From Candidatus Yonathbacteria bacterium (GTDB lineage: Bacteria; Patescibacteriota; Minisyncoccia; Phycocordibacterales; JACNGX01), in assembly GCA_013334825.1 (NCBI GenBank), contig JAAXWR010000001.1, positions 139,769 through 203,768 of the forward strand: a stretch of 64,000 nucleotides of DNA, given 5' to 3'. Within the stretch, counting starts at the first letter, position 1, and every line of letters begins with the position of its first letter. Below, piece after piece: positions 7,501 to 17,638 of the stretch. The position numbers were made by a program, and so were the translations under genes. Under the pieces are notes generated by a model, which was not told the DNA's origin, ran no database searches, and was given only the letters and a program-made list of their open reading frames with translations.

Positions 7501-9654
7501 ATGGCTTCACCCAAAGACAATCAAAAAACGCCAAAAAAGAAAGAAAAAGAAAGTGATGCTGGACACCATTACAGTGCGGCGGATATTTCCGTTCTTGAGG
7601 GTCTTGAGCCAGTACGCAAGCGTCCGGGCATGTATATCGGATCGACTGGTACTGATGGTTTGCACCACCTCGTCTGGGAAATTTTTGATAACGGCCGCGA
7701 TGAAGCGATGGGAGGATATGCGACACATGTTGAAGTGACACTTCTTCCCAATGGTCGTATCCGTGTTGTGGATGATGGTCGTGGTATTCCCGTAGATATT
7801 CACCCCAAGACAAAAGTCTCCGCGCTTGAAACGATTATGACGACACTCCATGCCGGAGGAAAGTTTGGCGGTGACGGGTATGCAAAAGCAACGGGAGGTT
7901 TGCACGGTGTTGGTGCATCGGTGGTGAATGCTCTTTCTGTGCATACAAAAGTGATGGTTCATCGTGATGGGGGTATTCATATGCAAGAGTACGCGCGCGG
8001 AAAAGCAAAAGCGAAAGTAAAGAAAATTGCTTCTTCAAAAGCACATGGCACGGTTGTTATATTTGAGCCAGATGAGGAAATTTTTTCTGAAATGGGTTTT
8101 AGTTGGAATAAAATCGTTACCCATATTCGCCAACAAGCATATCTTGTGAAGGGAATGCGAGTAACTGCGATTGATGCCCGAGAATATAAAACAGTGAAAG
8201 GATTGCCCGATCTTGAAAGTGAAGATGCGTTTTTCTTGTCCGCGCTTCCTCTTGATGTGCCGAGTCGCGCGTATTATTTTGAAGGAGGACTGACATCATT
8301 GGTACGCCATTTGAATGGCGCGCAAAAACCGATTCATAAAAATATTTTTTATATTGAAAAAGAAACCGATGATAAAGTTGGTGTGGAAGTCGCGTTCCAG
8401 TATGTGGACGATATTTCCCCTCGTCTTGCTTCTTTTGCAAATTCAACACCAACAAGTGAAGGAGGTATGCATGTAACAGGCTTTAAGACTGCCCTCACGC
8501 GTGGACTGAACAATTACGCGCGGAAGAACAATCTTTTGAAAGAAAGTGAAGAAAATTTTACCGGCGATGATGTGCTCGAGGGGATGACAGTTGTTGTGTC
8601 AGTCAAGTTGAAAGAGATTCAATTCGAAGGTCAGACAAAGGCAAAGCTTGGTAGCGTGGAAGCACGCGGGGCTGTGGAATCGGTCTTTGGTGAAGCGCTT
8701 TCGGAATATCTTGAAGAACATCCCGATGATGGAAAAGCGATTGTGCAAAAAGTCGTCCTTGCTCTGAAGGCGCGCAAAGCCGCCAAGGCCGCCAAAGACT
8801 CAGTGCTCCGCAAAGGTGCGCTTGAAGGCATGACGCTTCCGGGTAAACTCGCAGATTGTCAAACGAAGAGTGCTGAAGAATCTGAACTTTTTATTGTGGA
8901 AGGAGACTCAGCTGGTGGCACTGCGAAAGGTGGGCGTGATCGTCGTACGCAGGCGATACTGCCACTCCGTGGAAAGATTTTGAATGTGGAACGCGCGCGA
9001 CTGGACAAGATGCTTGCATCAGAACAAATTAAAAATATTGTTGTTGCGCTCGGTGCTGCCATTGGCGACGCACTTGATTTGGAAAAATTGCGCTATCACA
9101 AAATTATTATCGCGACGGACGCCGACGTGGACGGATCACATATCGACACACTTATCCTGACACTCTTTTTCCGGTACTTCCGTCCGATTATTGAGCACGG
9201 GTATCTCTATATCGCATTGCCTCCGCTGTATAAAATCAAACAGGGGAAAGAGATTCGCTATGCCTATACTGATGAAGATAAGAGTCGTGTGCTTCTTGAA
9301 CTCGGTGTTGATGAAAGTGCGATAGAAGAGAGCGAAGGAGAGGGTGAAGGAGACGATGCATCCACTGAAGAAAACATCGAAGAGACAACACCGACGAAAG
9401 GTGGCAAAGGCAAAAAAGAAGAAAAAAAGAAAACTGGTAAAGTATCTATTCAACGCTACAAAGGTCTCGGAGAAATGAATCAAGACGAACTTTGGGAGAC
9501 AACCATGGACCCGGCTCGTCGTACATTAAAGCAAGTGAAGATTGAGGACGCGGAAGAAGCCGACAGAGTCTTTGACACGCTCATGGGCACCGATGTCCCA
9601 TCACGCAAGTCATTCATTCAAAACAATGCGAAGTACGCGAATATTGATGCGTAA
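7501..9654 (+). CDS. gyrB: DNA gyrase subunit B with a short acidic/lysine-rich insert near the C-terminus
   Basis: GHKL ATPase motifs (LHHLVWEIFDNGRDEA, GLHGVGASVVNALS) and Toprim (EGDSAGG, IIIATDADVDGSHI). The insert is EGEGEGDDASTEEN...GKGKKEEKKK just before YKGLGEMN. Confidence 0.9.
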   Translation: MASPKDNQKTPKKKEKESDAGHHYSAADISVLEGLEPVRKRPGMYIGSTGTDGLHHLVWEIFDNGRDEAMGGYATHVEVTLLPNGRIRVVDDGRGIPVDIHPKTKVSALETIMTTLHAGGKFGGDGYAKATGGLHGVGASVVNALSVHTKVMVHRDGGIHMQEYARGKAKAKVKKIASSKAHGTVVIFEPDEEIFSEMGFSWNKIVTHIRQQAYLVKGMRVTAIDAREYKTVKGLPDLESEDAFFLSALPLDVPSRAYYFEGGLTSLVRHLNGAQKPIHKNIFYIEKETDDKVGVEVAFQYVDDISPRLASFANSTPTSEGGMHVTGFKTALTRGLNNYARKNNLLKESEENFTGDDVLEGMTVVVSVKLKEIQFEGQTKAKLGSVEARGAVESVFGEALSEYLEEHPDDGKAIVQKVVLALKARKAAKAAKDSVLRKGALEGMTLPGKLADCQTKSAEESELFIVEGDSAGGTAKGGRDRRTQAILPLRGKILNVERARLDKMLASEQIKNIVVALGAAIGDALDLEKLRYHKIIIATDADVDGSHIDTLILTLFFRYFRPIIEHGYLYIALPPLYKIKQGKEIRYAYTDEDKSRVLLELGVDESAIEESEGEGEGDDASTEENIEETTPTKGGKGKKEEKKKTGKVSIQRYKGLGEMNQDELWETTMDPARRTLKQVKIEDAEEADRVFDTLMGTDVPSRKSFIQNNAKYANIDA

Positions 9655-9721
9655 GTTTTGAAAGATGAAAAACGAAATATGAAATATGTATAATTAACTC
9701 AAAGACAGACGTAAAGACAAA

Positions 9722-9759
9722 CAGCGCGGCGACCGAAGGTCGCCGCGCTGTTCTTTTTT
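9722..9759. terminator. rho-independent terminator after gyrB, probably bidirectional
   Basis: cagcgcggcgacc-gaag-gtcgccgcgctg followed by ttcttttttc; an A-rich run precedes it. Confidence 0.7.
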
Positions 9760-9787
9760 CATTTTTCTAATTTCTTATTCCTAGTTT

Positions 9788-9979
9788 CTAGATTCTCTCC
9801 TTCAGCTCTGCGACGAGCTTTGCGATATCACTCTCTTTCTCCTCTGCGATTTGATTCCACACGGCGACGAGTGTTTCATCGCTTTGCGCATCTTTCAGAT
9901 AATCATCTTTGATACGCCAAAGGCTGGTATGTTCTTCCACGATTTGGCGCATAATATTGTAGGCATTGTTGTCTAACAT
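9788..9979 (-). CDS. possible small hydrophilic helical protein (63 aa), unknown function
   Basis: ORF track only; no overlap with other genes; low complexity. Confidence 0.3.
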   Translation of the reverse strand: MLDNNAYNIMRQIVEEHTSLWRIKDDYLKDAQSDETLVAVWNQIAEEKESDIAKLVAELKERI

Positions 9980-10092
9980 GGTGATAGGAGATTAGAAGAT
10001 TAAAAATTAGAAATATGGGGCTACGAAGTACGAACTTATACGAACACTACTGAACACGAATAACTATATTGATGAGTTTGTGTTCGTATGTT

Positions 10093-10118
10093 CTCCTGCA
10101 CCACGCGGGGTGCAGGAG
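10093..10118. repeat. REP-like palindrome (copy a, slightly divergent) with TACGAAGTACGAA-type flanking inverted repeats at 10020..10035 and 10129..10145
   Basis: ctcctgcacc-acgcgg-ggtgcaggag. Confidence 0.7.
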
Positions 10119-10151
10119 AAGCGTACTATTCGTACTTCGTAACCAATTAAC

Positions 10152-11921
10152 TTAACTCTGTTTTCTTGCAGTGATTTCTTCAGTCAAACGGGCAAGAAGT
10201 GCATCGACCGACAATTCTCCCACTTTTCCCTTATCGCGGCTTTCGAGTGTGACGGAATTGTTTGCGACTTCTGCGTCGCCGATAACGATAGTGTAAGGGA
10301 TTTTGGTGGTCTTTGCATTTCTGATGCGTTTACCGAGTGTTTCGTTATCGCCGTCAACCGAGACACGGAGACGGGCATCATGGAGTGCAACACGAATGGT
10401 TTCGGCATACGCGTGATGTCCTTCGCCAATGGGGAGAATACGCGCCTGCTCGGGTGCGAGCCAGAGCGGGAAGTTGCCCGCAGTGTGTTCGATAAGTACA
10501 CCCATAAAACGCTCCATTGAACCAAACGGCGCGCGGTGAATGATGACAGGACGATGTTTGGCACCATCTTGCCCGATATAAAATAGATCAAAGCGTTCAG
10601 GCATGACATAGTCCACTTGGACAGTGCCGAGCTGCCACTCTCTGCCGAGGGCGTCTTTAACAATGAAGTCAATTTTTGGTCCGTAAAAACTTGCTTCACC
10701 GATACCGATAAAGTACTCAATACCCATCTTGTCGGCTGCTTCTTTTACATCTTTTTCTGCTTGTTCCCATACGTCGGGTGTGCCGCCATATTTTTCTTGA
10801 TTTTCTGGGTCATGGAGGGACAAACGCGTTTGTACTTTGTCAAAGCCGAGCGTGTTAAAGACAAATCGTGTGAGGTCGATAGCATTACATAGTTCATCCA
10901 CGAGTTGGTCGGGACGGCAGTAGATATGTGAATCGTCTTGGGTGAAGCCACGTGCGCGGGTGAGACCGTTTAATTCTCCCGATTGTTCATGACGGTAGAC
11001 GGTGCCGAATTCCGCGTACCTGATAGGAAGTTCGCGGTAGCTGTGCGGTGCGTTGGCATACATCGTGTGATGATGCGGACAGTTCATCGGTTTCAAGAGA
11101 TATTGCTCTTCTTTGCCGGTATCATCGACATACGTGAGTGGAGGGAATTGCGAATCGCTGTAATATGGATAGTGTCCTGAACGTTTATAGAGATTCAAGT
11201 TGCCAATATGAGGCGTGTATACGGGAAGATATCCGCGACGGCGTTGTTCTTCGCGAAGAAACGCTTCAAGTTCGGTGCGTACAATAGCCCCATTGGGAAG
11301 CCAAAGCGGGAGTCCAGAACCAACTTCGGGCGAAAGCATAAAGAGCTCCATCTCTTTGCCGATTTTGCGATGGTCGCGTTTTTTTGCTTCTTCCGTGAGA
11401 GTGATATGAGTATCCAGTGCTTCTTTTGTCTCAAAAGCGAGTCCGTAGACACGCGTGAGCATGGCATTGTTTTCATTTCCACGCCAATACGCGCCAGCGA
11501 CTGTGGTGAGGATAAAACTTTCTGGGTCAATGTCCGCGGTTGTGGCAACATGAGGACCTTCGCACAAATCGGTGAAATCACCACTTGTATACACAGAGAG
11601 TGTGCGACCTTCATTCGCGTATTCATTGATAAGTTCTGTTTTGTACGGATTGTCCGTAAAGAGAGCGCGTGCTTCATCTGCAGATACTTCTTTGTGTGTA
11701 AAGGTAAGAGGTGTGGTGACAAGAGCCCGCATACGCTTGGTGAGCGTGGCAAGATCTTCAGAAGTAAGTGTTGTTCCTGCCGGTAATTCAATATCGTAGT
11801 AAAAACCGTTTTCAATCGCGGGCCCGATACCAAAGCGGGCATCAGGGAAACGCTCTTTGACGGCCATGGCGAGAATATGCGCGAGTGAATGGCGCGCTGT
11901 AGTAAGGTGTGCGGTGTCCAT
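10152..11921 (-). CDS. thrS: threonine--tRNA ligase (no N-terminal TGS domain)
   Basis: Second-additional-domain HxxxH (ARHSLAHILAMAV), class-II core FRHEQSGELNGLTRARGFTQDDSHIY, and anticodon-binding C-terminus. Confidence 0.9.
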   Translation of the reverse strand: MDTAHLTTARHSLAHILAMAVKERFPDARFGIGPAIENGFYYDIELPAGTTLTSEDLATLTKRMRALVTTPLTFTHKEVSADEARALFTDNPYKTELINEYANEGRTLSVYTSGDFTDLCEGPHVATTADIDPESFILTTVAGAYWRGNENNAMLTRVYGLAFETKEALDTHITLTEEAKKRDHRKIGKEMELFMLSPEVGSGLPLWLPNGAIVRTELEAFLREEQRRRGYLPVYTPHIGNLNLYKRSGHYPYYSDSQFPPLTYVDDTGKEEQYLLKPMNCPHHHTMYANAPHSYRELPIRYAEFGTVYRHEQSGELNGLTRARGFTQDDSHIYCRPDQLVDELCNAIDLTRFVFNTLGFDKVQTRLSLHDPENQEKYGGTPDVWEQAEKDVKEAADKMGIEYFIGIGEASFYGPKIDFIVKDALGREWQLGTVQVDYVMPERFDLFYIGQDGAKHRPVIIHRAPFGSMERFMGVLIEHTAGNFPLWLAPEQARILPIGEGHHAYAETIRVALHDARLRVSVDGDNETLGKRIRNAKTTKIPYTIVIGDAEVANNSVTLESRDKGKVGELSVDALLARLTEEITARKQS

Positions 11922-12016
11922 ATATGAAAACGATAAACGATAAACGATGAAAAGTAAAGGAATATACAGATTATGGAGAAGTTATCCTACAAAAAACCCG
12001 GCATATGCCGGGGTGT

Positions 12017-12616
12017 TCAGTTGATAATTTGTAGTGTATGACGTCTGTATGTGAGAGACGCCATAATATGAGGGATGTCTTCCTCCTTTGAAGTAAGCCC
12101 TATAACCGTTGTCTTCAGTACTTGTGCTACTGGGACAATAACTTTGGGATGTGTTGGAGAAGTTCTATTTTCATATCGGTTAAACGACATGTACGTCATA
12201 ATCCCATTCGTCTGTTTCGCTAAATCCTGAAGAGAAACATGTTTTTTGTGTCTCATATGAAATATGTTATCGGCAAGTACTCGTCGGTATATTTCATATG
12301 TATAGGGTGTATATACTACACCGTCAGGATTGTGCACTCGCGGGAATATGTTTCTCAGGATACTTAGTTCATTCAGGATCTCTTCCTGTGTGAGAAGAAG
12401 TCTTGATATATGAACACCCAACAGAGACGCGCAGGCGACCATGTTTTTTAGGGAAATAAACCATTCAAGTTTTGCATACCGATAGAGAGACTCTCTCGAT
12501 ATACCTGTTTCTTGAGCAAACTCTGTTTGATTCATTCCTGATTGATGTCGGAGAAAATCAATATTTCTGATAATGATTTTCATACGTTCCTCTTCGCAAA
12601 TCGGCATTTTTTTCAC
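12017..12616 (-). CDS. XRE-family transcriptional regulator with two tandem HTH domains (GTG start)
   Basis: MNQTEFAQETGISRESLYRYAK and a second HTH, VSLQDLAKQTNGIMTYMSFNRYE. Confidence 0.65.
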   Translation of the reverse strand: MKKMPICEEERMKIIIRNIDFLRHQSGMNQTEFAQETGISRESLYRYAKLEWFISLKNMVACASLLGVHISRLLLTQEEILNELSILRNIFPRVHNPDGVVYTPYTYEIYRRVLADNIFHMRHKKHVSLQDLAKQTNGIMTYMSFNRYENRTSPTHPKVIVPVAQVLKTTVIGLTSKEEDIPHIMASLTYRRHTLQIIN

Positions 12617-12707
12617 TGGCGTAGTATGTTTGTTTTTGAATAGAGATTCTGAATTGGAGGATATCGTTATTTTATGTTGATGTCAATAGAATATGTTTTT
12701 GAATAGT

Positions 12708-15700
12708 CTATGCAGTTGTTTTTTCTTCAAGAAAGCGTGCTGAATCCGCAATGACGGACACTTCATTATTGCGTGTGGAGAATTTGCCTTGGACGACGAT
12801 GCATGCGTCGGGATTGAGTAGGTGTTTATATGATTCATATGTTTTTGGGAAAAAGACAATTTCCATAGAATCATAAAAGTCAGCGAGTTTGACAAATGCC
12901 ATGGTGTCGCCTTTTTTCGTGCGGACGATGCGAATGTCTTCGATGATGCCTGCGATAACTGTACGCATCTCATCGCGTGCGTCTTCTTTCATGCGGGGGA
13001 TATGCATGCCATTTTTTTCAAAGCGCGTGCGATGTTTTTCAAGTGGATGCCCCGATACGTACAGTCCAAGTAATTCCTTTTCCCATGCGAGCAAATCGTG
13101 TTCAGGGAGAAGTGCTGCGGGTTTGAGCGTAAAGCCACTTGTTGCTGTCTCTATGAGTGAAAAGATTGAATCTTGTGTTTTGTCGGCGGAGAGATGTTCT
13201 TTGTGATACGTGAGCGCGTCATCAAGTCCCGAGACAATCGCCGAGCGGTCGCCCAAGTCATCCAAGGCGCCACTTTTTGCGAGTGCTTCAAGTGATTTTT
13301 TATTGAGATTTTTGTGTTCAATACGTTCAAGAAAATTACCGTATTTCGTGAAGGTGTCATTTTTTTTGCGTTCGGCAATAATAGCATCAGCAATATCAGT
13401 ACCGAGGTTTTTGACTGAGTAGAGACCGAAGCGGATGTTGTCTGCGTCACCATCACGACGGACAACGGTAAAGTCACCAAAACTTTCATTGACAGATGGT
13501 GGTAATACGGGAATACCCATACGTTTGCATTCGCCAATGACTTCGGCAACACGTGCGACATCACCTGATTCCGCGGAAAGCACAGCAGTCATGTATTCCG
13601 CGGGAAAATTTGCTTTCATGTATGCGGTTTTATATGCCAAGTTTCCATAACTCGCGGCATGTGCCTTATTGAATCCATAGGCGGCAAATGTTTCAATCTG
13701 TTCCCAGAGTGTTTCTACGGTACCGGGTGCCATACCTCCATCGATACATCCTTCAAAAAAACGCTTTTTTTGTTTTGCCATCTCTTCGGGGATCTTTTTA
13801 CCAATAGCTTTACGGAATTTATCTGCTTCCGTCCAGTCGTATCCTGCCAAATCAATAGCAATCATAAGTACATCATCCTGATAGGTGATGATACCGTATG
13901 AACGCTCAAGAATCGGCTTCATACGCGGGTCAAGATACGAGACGAGCGAAGGGTCCCGTTTGCGACGAATGTATTCAGGGATGAATGCCATCGGTCCTGG
14001 ACGGTAAAGCGCGACCATAGCGTTGATATCGTGAATGCTTGTTGGCTTCAAGTCCATGAGAGAACGGGTCATGCCACCACCACCAAGCTGAAAGAGACCG
14101 AGAGTTTCTCCACGCCAGAGCATCGCATATGTTTTTTTGTCATCAAGAGGAAGGGTATCAAGATTGACATCAATATCACGAAGTTGTTTGACGAGACGAA
14201 CTGAGTGTTCGAGCATGGCGAGGTTGGTGATACCGAGGAAGTCAAACTTGAGAAGTCCCGCGTCTTCAACAGCATGCATATCGTATTGCGTGATGATTTT
14301 CCCACCCTTGGGATCCATTTGGACGGGAGTATAGTCGGACATGTCTGTGGGCGCGATAACAACACCTGCCGCGTGGACGGAGATATGTCTGGCATTGCCT
14401 TCTATTTTGCGCGCTGTGTCGATGATTTCTTTTGCTTCTGAAGATTGTTCGTAGAGTTTTTTCAAATCGGCTTCTTCTTCGAGTGCGCGTTCGATGGTCA
14501 TAGGGAACCCTTGTGACCCTTGTGGAATAAGTTTGGCGATTTGATCTCCAATGCCATAGGGATAGCCAAGTGCGCGCGCGACATCACGCACTGATCCGCG
14601 CGCAAGCATGGTGCCGAACGTACCGATTTGAGCGACACGGTCCTGTCCATATTTTTCTCGTGCATAAGCAATGACGTCATCACGGCGATTGTCCGCAAAG
14701 TCCATGTCGATATCGGGAGGTGAAGGACGCTTTGGATTGAGGAACCGTTCAAAGGGGAGATTGTATGCGAGTGGGTCTACACTTGTGATAAAGGTGAGAT
14801 ACGCGACAAGCGACCCTGCGGCGGACCCTCTGGTATTGGTGAGAATGCCGTGTTCCTTGGCAAAGGTAAGGAGGTCAGATACGACGAGAAAGTACGGAGA
14901 ATATCCCTTTGTCTTAATGACGTCAAGTTCATATTCAAGACGGTGTTCGAGTTCGGGTGTATGCGTCAGTCCGCGCGCTTCAATGCCTTCATGCGCGACA
15001 CGACGAAGCTCCGCGTCATAGGTTGTATTGTCAGGGATAGGGAAGTCAGGAAAAACCCAATTACCAAGCTCTAGTTCGATATTGCACATCTCAGAAATAC
15101 GGATAGTGTTTTCGAGCGCTTCGGGCACATCAGCAAACGCCTGCACGGCAGTCTCTTGTGAGATGAAAGAAAAGTTTTCGTCAGATTCATTCCATGAACT
15201 ATCTTTATCAACAGGAGATCCGTTTTGAATAGCAATCACAATTTCCCGAATACGGTGATCTTCCGGCCTCATATAATATACATCTTGTGCAGCGACAAGA
15301 GGAATATGTTTTTCTTGGGCGAATGCGACAAGCGTGTTTCGAAGCTCCATCTGTTCGGGGATTTCTGGGTGATGGGTAATCTCTATATAAAGGTCGGGAT
15401 ACACAGAACGGAAAAACGCAAGCGACTCCTCGGCACGGTCAGAGTCATGTGATTTGAGTGCCTGAGCAATTTCACCGGAGAATTGAGGAAGTATCGCGAC
15501 AAGTCCCTCGGCGTGTTTCGCGATGAGTTCTCGGTCGATGCGCGGTTTGTAATAAAATCCTTCCAAGTGTGATGCGGTAACCAGACGGACAAGATTTTTG
15601 TAGCCCTCATTGTCTTTTGCGAGAAGGACAAGACGCGTGCGTTTGTTGTCAATACCCGCGCGTTTGTCATGACGTGTCGCTGTTGCGACGTAAAAGTCCA

Positions 15701-15902
15701 CACCGATAATGGGCTTTACTCCGTTTTTTTGACATGCTTTGTAGAAATCGATTGCGCCGTAGAGATTGCCACTATCCGTGAGTGCGAGCGCGGACATGCC
15801 ATCTTCTTTTGCCGCCTTCACCAGCTCAGGGATTTTTGGCAGTGCTGAAAGGAGGGAATAGTGGCTGTGTGTGTGGAGGTGGACGAAGCGAGGAGAATTC
15901 AT
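12708..15902 (-). CDS. dnaE: DNA polymerase III alpha subunit
   Basis: PHP domain FVHLHTHSHYSLL, polymerase core, and OB fold at the C-terminus; 1064 aa. Confidence 0.9.
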   Translation of the reverse strand: MNSPRFVHLHTHSHYSLLSALPKIPELVKAAKEDGMSALALTDSGNLYGAIDFYKACQKNGVKPIIGVDFYVATATRHDKRAGIDNKRTRLVLLAKDNEGYKNLVRLVTASHLEGFYYKPRIDRELIAKHAEGLVAILPQFSGEIAQALKSHDSDRAEESLAFFRSVYPDLYIEITHHPEIPEQMELRNTLVAFAQEKHIPLVAAQDVYYMRPEDHRIREIVIAIQNGSPVDKDSSWNESDENFSFISQETAVQAFADVPEALENTIRISEMCNIELELGNWVFPDFPIPDNTTYDAELRRVAHEGIEARGLTHTPELEHRLEYELDVIKTKGYSPYFLVVSDLLTFAKEHGILTNTRGSAAGSLVAYLTFITSVDPLAYNLPFERFLNPKRPSPPDIDMDFADNRRDDVIAYAREKYGQDRVAQIGTFGTMLARGSVRDVARALGYPYGIGDQIAKLIPQGSQGFPMTIERALEEEADLKKLYEQSSEAKEIIDTARKIEGNARHISVHAAGVVIAPTDMSDYTPVQMDPKGGKIITQYDMHAVEDAGLLKFDFLGITNLAMLEHSVRLVKQLRDIDVNLDTLPLDDKKTYAMLWRGETLGLFQLGGGGMTRSLMDLKPTSIHDINAMVALYRPGPMAFIPEYIRRKRDPSLVSYLDPRMKPILERSYGIITYQDDVLMIAIDLAGYDWTEADKFRKAIGKKIPEEMAKQKKRFFEGCIDGGMAPGTVETLWEQIETFAAYGFNKAHAASYGNLAYKTAYMKANFPAEYMTAVLSAESGDVARVAEVIGECKRMGIPVLPPSVNESFGDFTVVRRDGDADNIRFGLYSVKNLGTDIADAIIAERKKNDTFTKYGNFLERIEHKNLNKKSLEALAKSGALDDLGDRSAIVSGLDDALTYHKEHLSADKTQDSIFSLIETATSGFTLKPAALLPEHDLLAWEKELLGLYVSGHPLEKHRTRFEKNGMHIPRMKEDARDEMRTVIAGIIEDIRIVRTKKGDTMAFVKLADFYDSMEIVFFPKTYESYKHLLNPDACIVVQGKFSTRNNEVSVIADSARFLEEKTTA

Positions 15903-16106
15903 AATGAGGTAAGTATATCATGCGCATGGTTCTTGCCCGCAAGGGAGATATGTGGGGAGGTGATGAATAAGGTCTTCAGGATGGTGCATGTGTTGCAATT
16001 AATTCTGGAACCTATGGTGCAATTATTTGACAATATATTGATATATGATATATCTGAGATGTGAAGTTCTTGCTAACTTAATCAATTGTTTAAATAGGGA
16101 GGAGTT

Positions 16107-16793
16107 ATGTCCGCAACCTCAGGTGTTGAAAGTGTCTGTGCAGGGCGCATTTTTACGCCCATCTCTAAAAAGAAATCTGTGGAGACGGAGGAGAGAGCAT
16201 GGATGTCCCGTGCTATAGCCGAAGAACTTGAGCGTATGGGATATCACGTCACTTATCCTGGTCGGCAGGACAATGGACAAATCTTTGGTACATACCTCAT
16301 AACTCGCACGTCAGATGGCTATGGTGCTATACGTATTATACAACATAAGAGCGCGTATAATGTTACCAGCCCTCTGCATCCACGTGAGGATCATAGTGTT
16401 TCTCTTTTTGTGGGATACAAAAATGGTTGTGGCGGAATATTGATGAAAAACCTCATTGACTCGGCCCCGGAGCCATTCAGATATCATGTGGAGATCCAAG
16501 AAGTCTTTGAGGAGATTCTCAAACCTTTTTGCCTTTCGCATGAGAACGATCATAAGAGGGAGCCAGAGGGAGGAAGGATTTCAAATCCATATGTTCATGA
16601 TTTTGAAAAAGATTCTCGTCCGGCGGAGTCTTATAAGACTCCCAAACAGTGGTCCAACCTTCTCAGTAGAAGATTGGAGAGGTTTGAACAGGTGGCTCCG
16701 AGGGTGGTCGCACGAGAACTTCCCAAGTTTTTTAATAAAGGATATGGTGCCATTCTAAAAACACTGGAAGGACACAAAATATCTGAAAGGTAA
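16107..16793 (+). CDS. hypothetical protein preceded by a consensus Shine-Dalgarno site
   Basis: 228-aa ORF with GGGAGGAG 6 nt upstream of the ATG, which is rare in this window, and a TTGACA -35-like hexamer at about 16028. No recognised domain. Confidence 0.55.
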   Translation: MSATSGVESVCAGRIFTPISKKKSVETEERAWMSRAIAEELERMGYHVTYPGRQDNGQIFGTYLITRTSDGYGAIRIIQHKSAYNVTSPLHPREDHSVSLFVGYKNGCGGILMKNLIDSAPEPFRYHVEIQEVFEEILKPFCLSHENDHKREPEGGRISNPYVHDFEKDSRPAESYKTPKQWSNLLSRRLERFEQVAPRVVARELPKFFNKGYGAILKTLEGHKISER

Positions 16794-16799
16794 GTGTTA

Positions 16800-16830
16800 C
16801 CAAAGCAGGGCGTGAGCCCTGCTTTTTTTG
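16800..16830 (+). terminator. rho-independent terminator
   Basis: aaagcaggg-cgtga-gccctgcttt followed by ttttt. Confidence 0.65.
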
Positions 16831-16858
16831 TGTCACATCTTTCTTTTGTTTTCAGTTT

Positions 16859-17461
16859 TTATTTTTGTCCTTTTGATTCGTGCTTCTCGTCAAAATTTTT
16901 CCACATTTGACTTGCTACAGGTTTTCCTCCAGAGCCAACATATTTGCTTCCCAGTGCTTCTGCGTGTGTCGCATCGTAGGGACGTTCTGATGACGAAGAG
17001 ACGCGCTCAAAGACCATTTGTGCAATGGGCATGCGGTAATACAGAAGCATGGGAAGCGATGCAGTATTGAACAGGTCAAGGGTCATATTGACGGTATTGC
17101 CAGGGTCCAAGAAACCTGCGGTCACGTGAATCATGAGACCGAGACGACCGACGGAACTTTTTCCTTCTAGTCGTCCGACCATTGCATCAGAGACACCTGT
17201 TTTTTCATATATCATGCCGAGTGCGAATTCTCCCGGATGAAGAATGAATGGCTCATCTTCTTCTATGGAAACTTCACGCATGAGTCCTTCGACAGGCTTT
17301 TTGGTATCAATGATAGCGCTTTTGTTTCGGTCATAGACGAGAAAATGTTTTCCTAAACTCAAATCAACCGATGCGGGTTGAAGCATGTGGTCGTTATAGG
17401 GGTCAATATAAATATCGCCGTCAAGTATGGCTTGTTTAATATCGCGGTCGGAGAGAATCAT
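16859..17461 (-). CDS. dcd: dCTP deaminase
   Basis: MILSDRDIKQAILDG...SVDLSLG and the Dcd/dUTPase-fold motifs. Confidence 0.85.
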   Translation of the reverse strand: MILSDRDIKQAILDGDIYIDPYNDHMLQPASVDLSLGKHFLVYDRNKSAIIDTKKPVEGLMREVSIEEDEPFILHPGEFALGMIYEKTGVSDAMVGRLEGKSSVGRLGLMIHVTAGFLDPGNTVNMTLDLFNTASLPMLLYYRMPIAQMVFERVSSSSERPYDATHAEALGSKYVGSGGKPVASQMWKNFDEKHESKGQK

Positions 17462-17610
17462 GGTGTAGGAAAGAGGTTATAGGAGATAGCTTATAGGGGT
17501 GATCTTTTTGTTTGTGAGGGAGGGTGCTACGCACCCTTTGTCATGTTGGTATTGTAGCATGATAAAAACAAAAAAGGAAAAAAGAAGATATGAATAATCT
17601 CATAAAACAA

Positions 17611-17638
17611 AAAAGCTCCGTTAGGAGCTTTTGTTTTT
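17611..17638 (-). terminator. terminator hairpin overlapping the stop codon of the 17621..18133 ORF
   Basis: aaaagctcc-gtta-ggagctttt with T-rich flanks on both strands. Confidence 0.55.
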
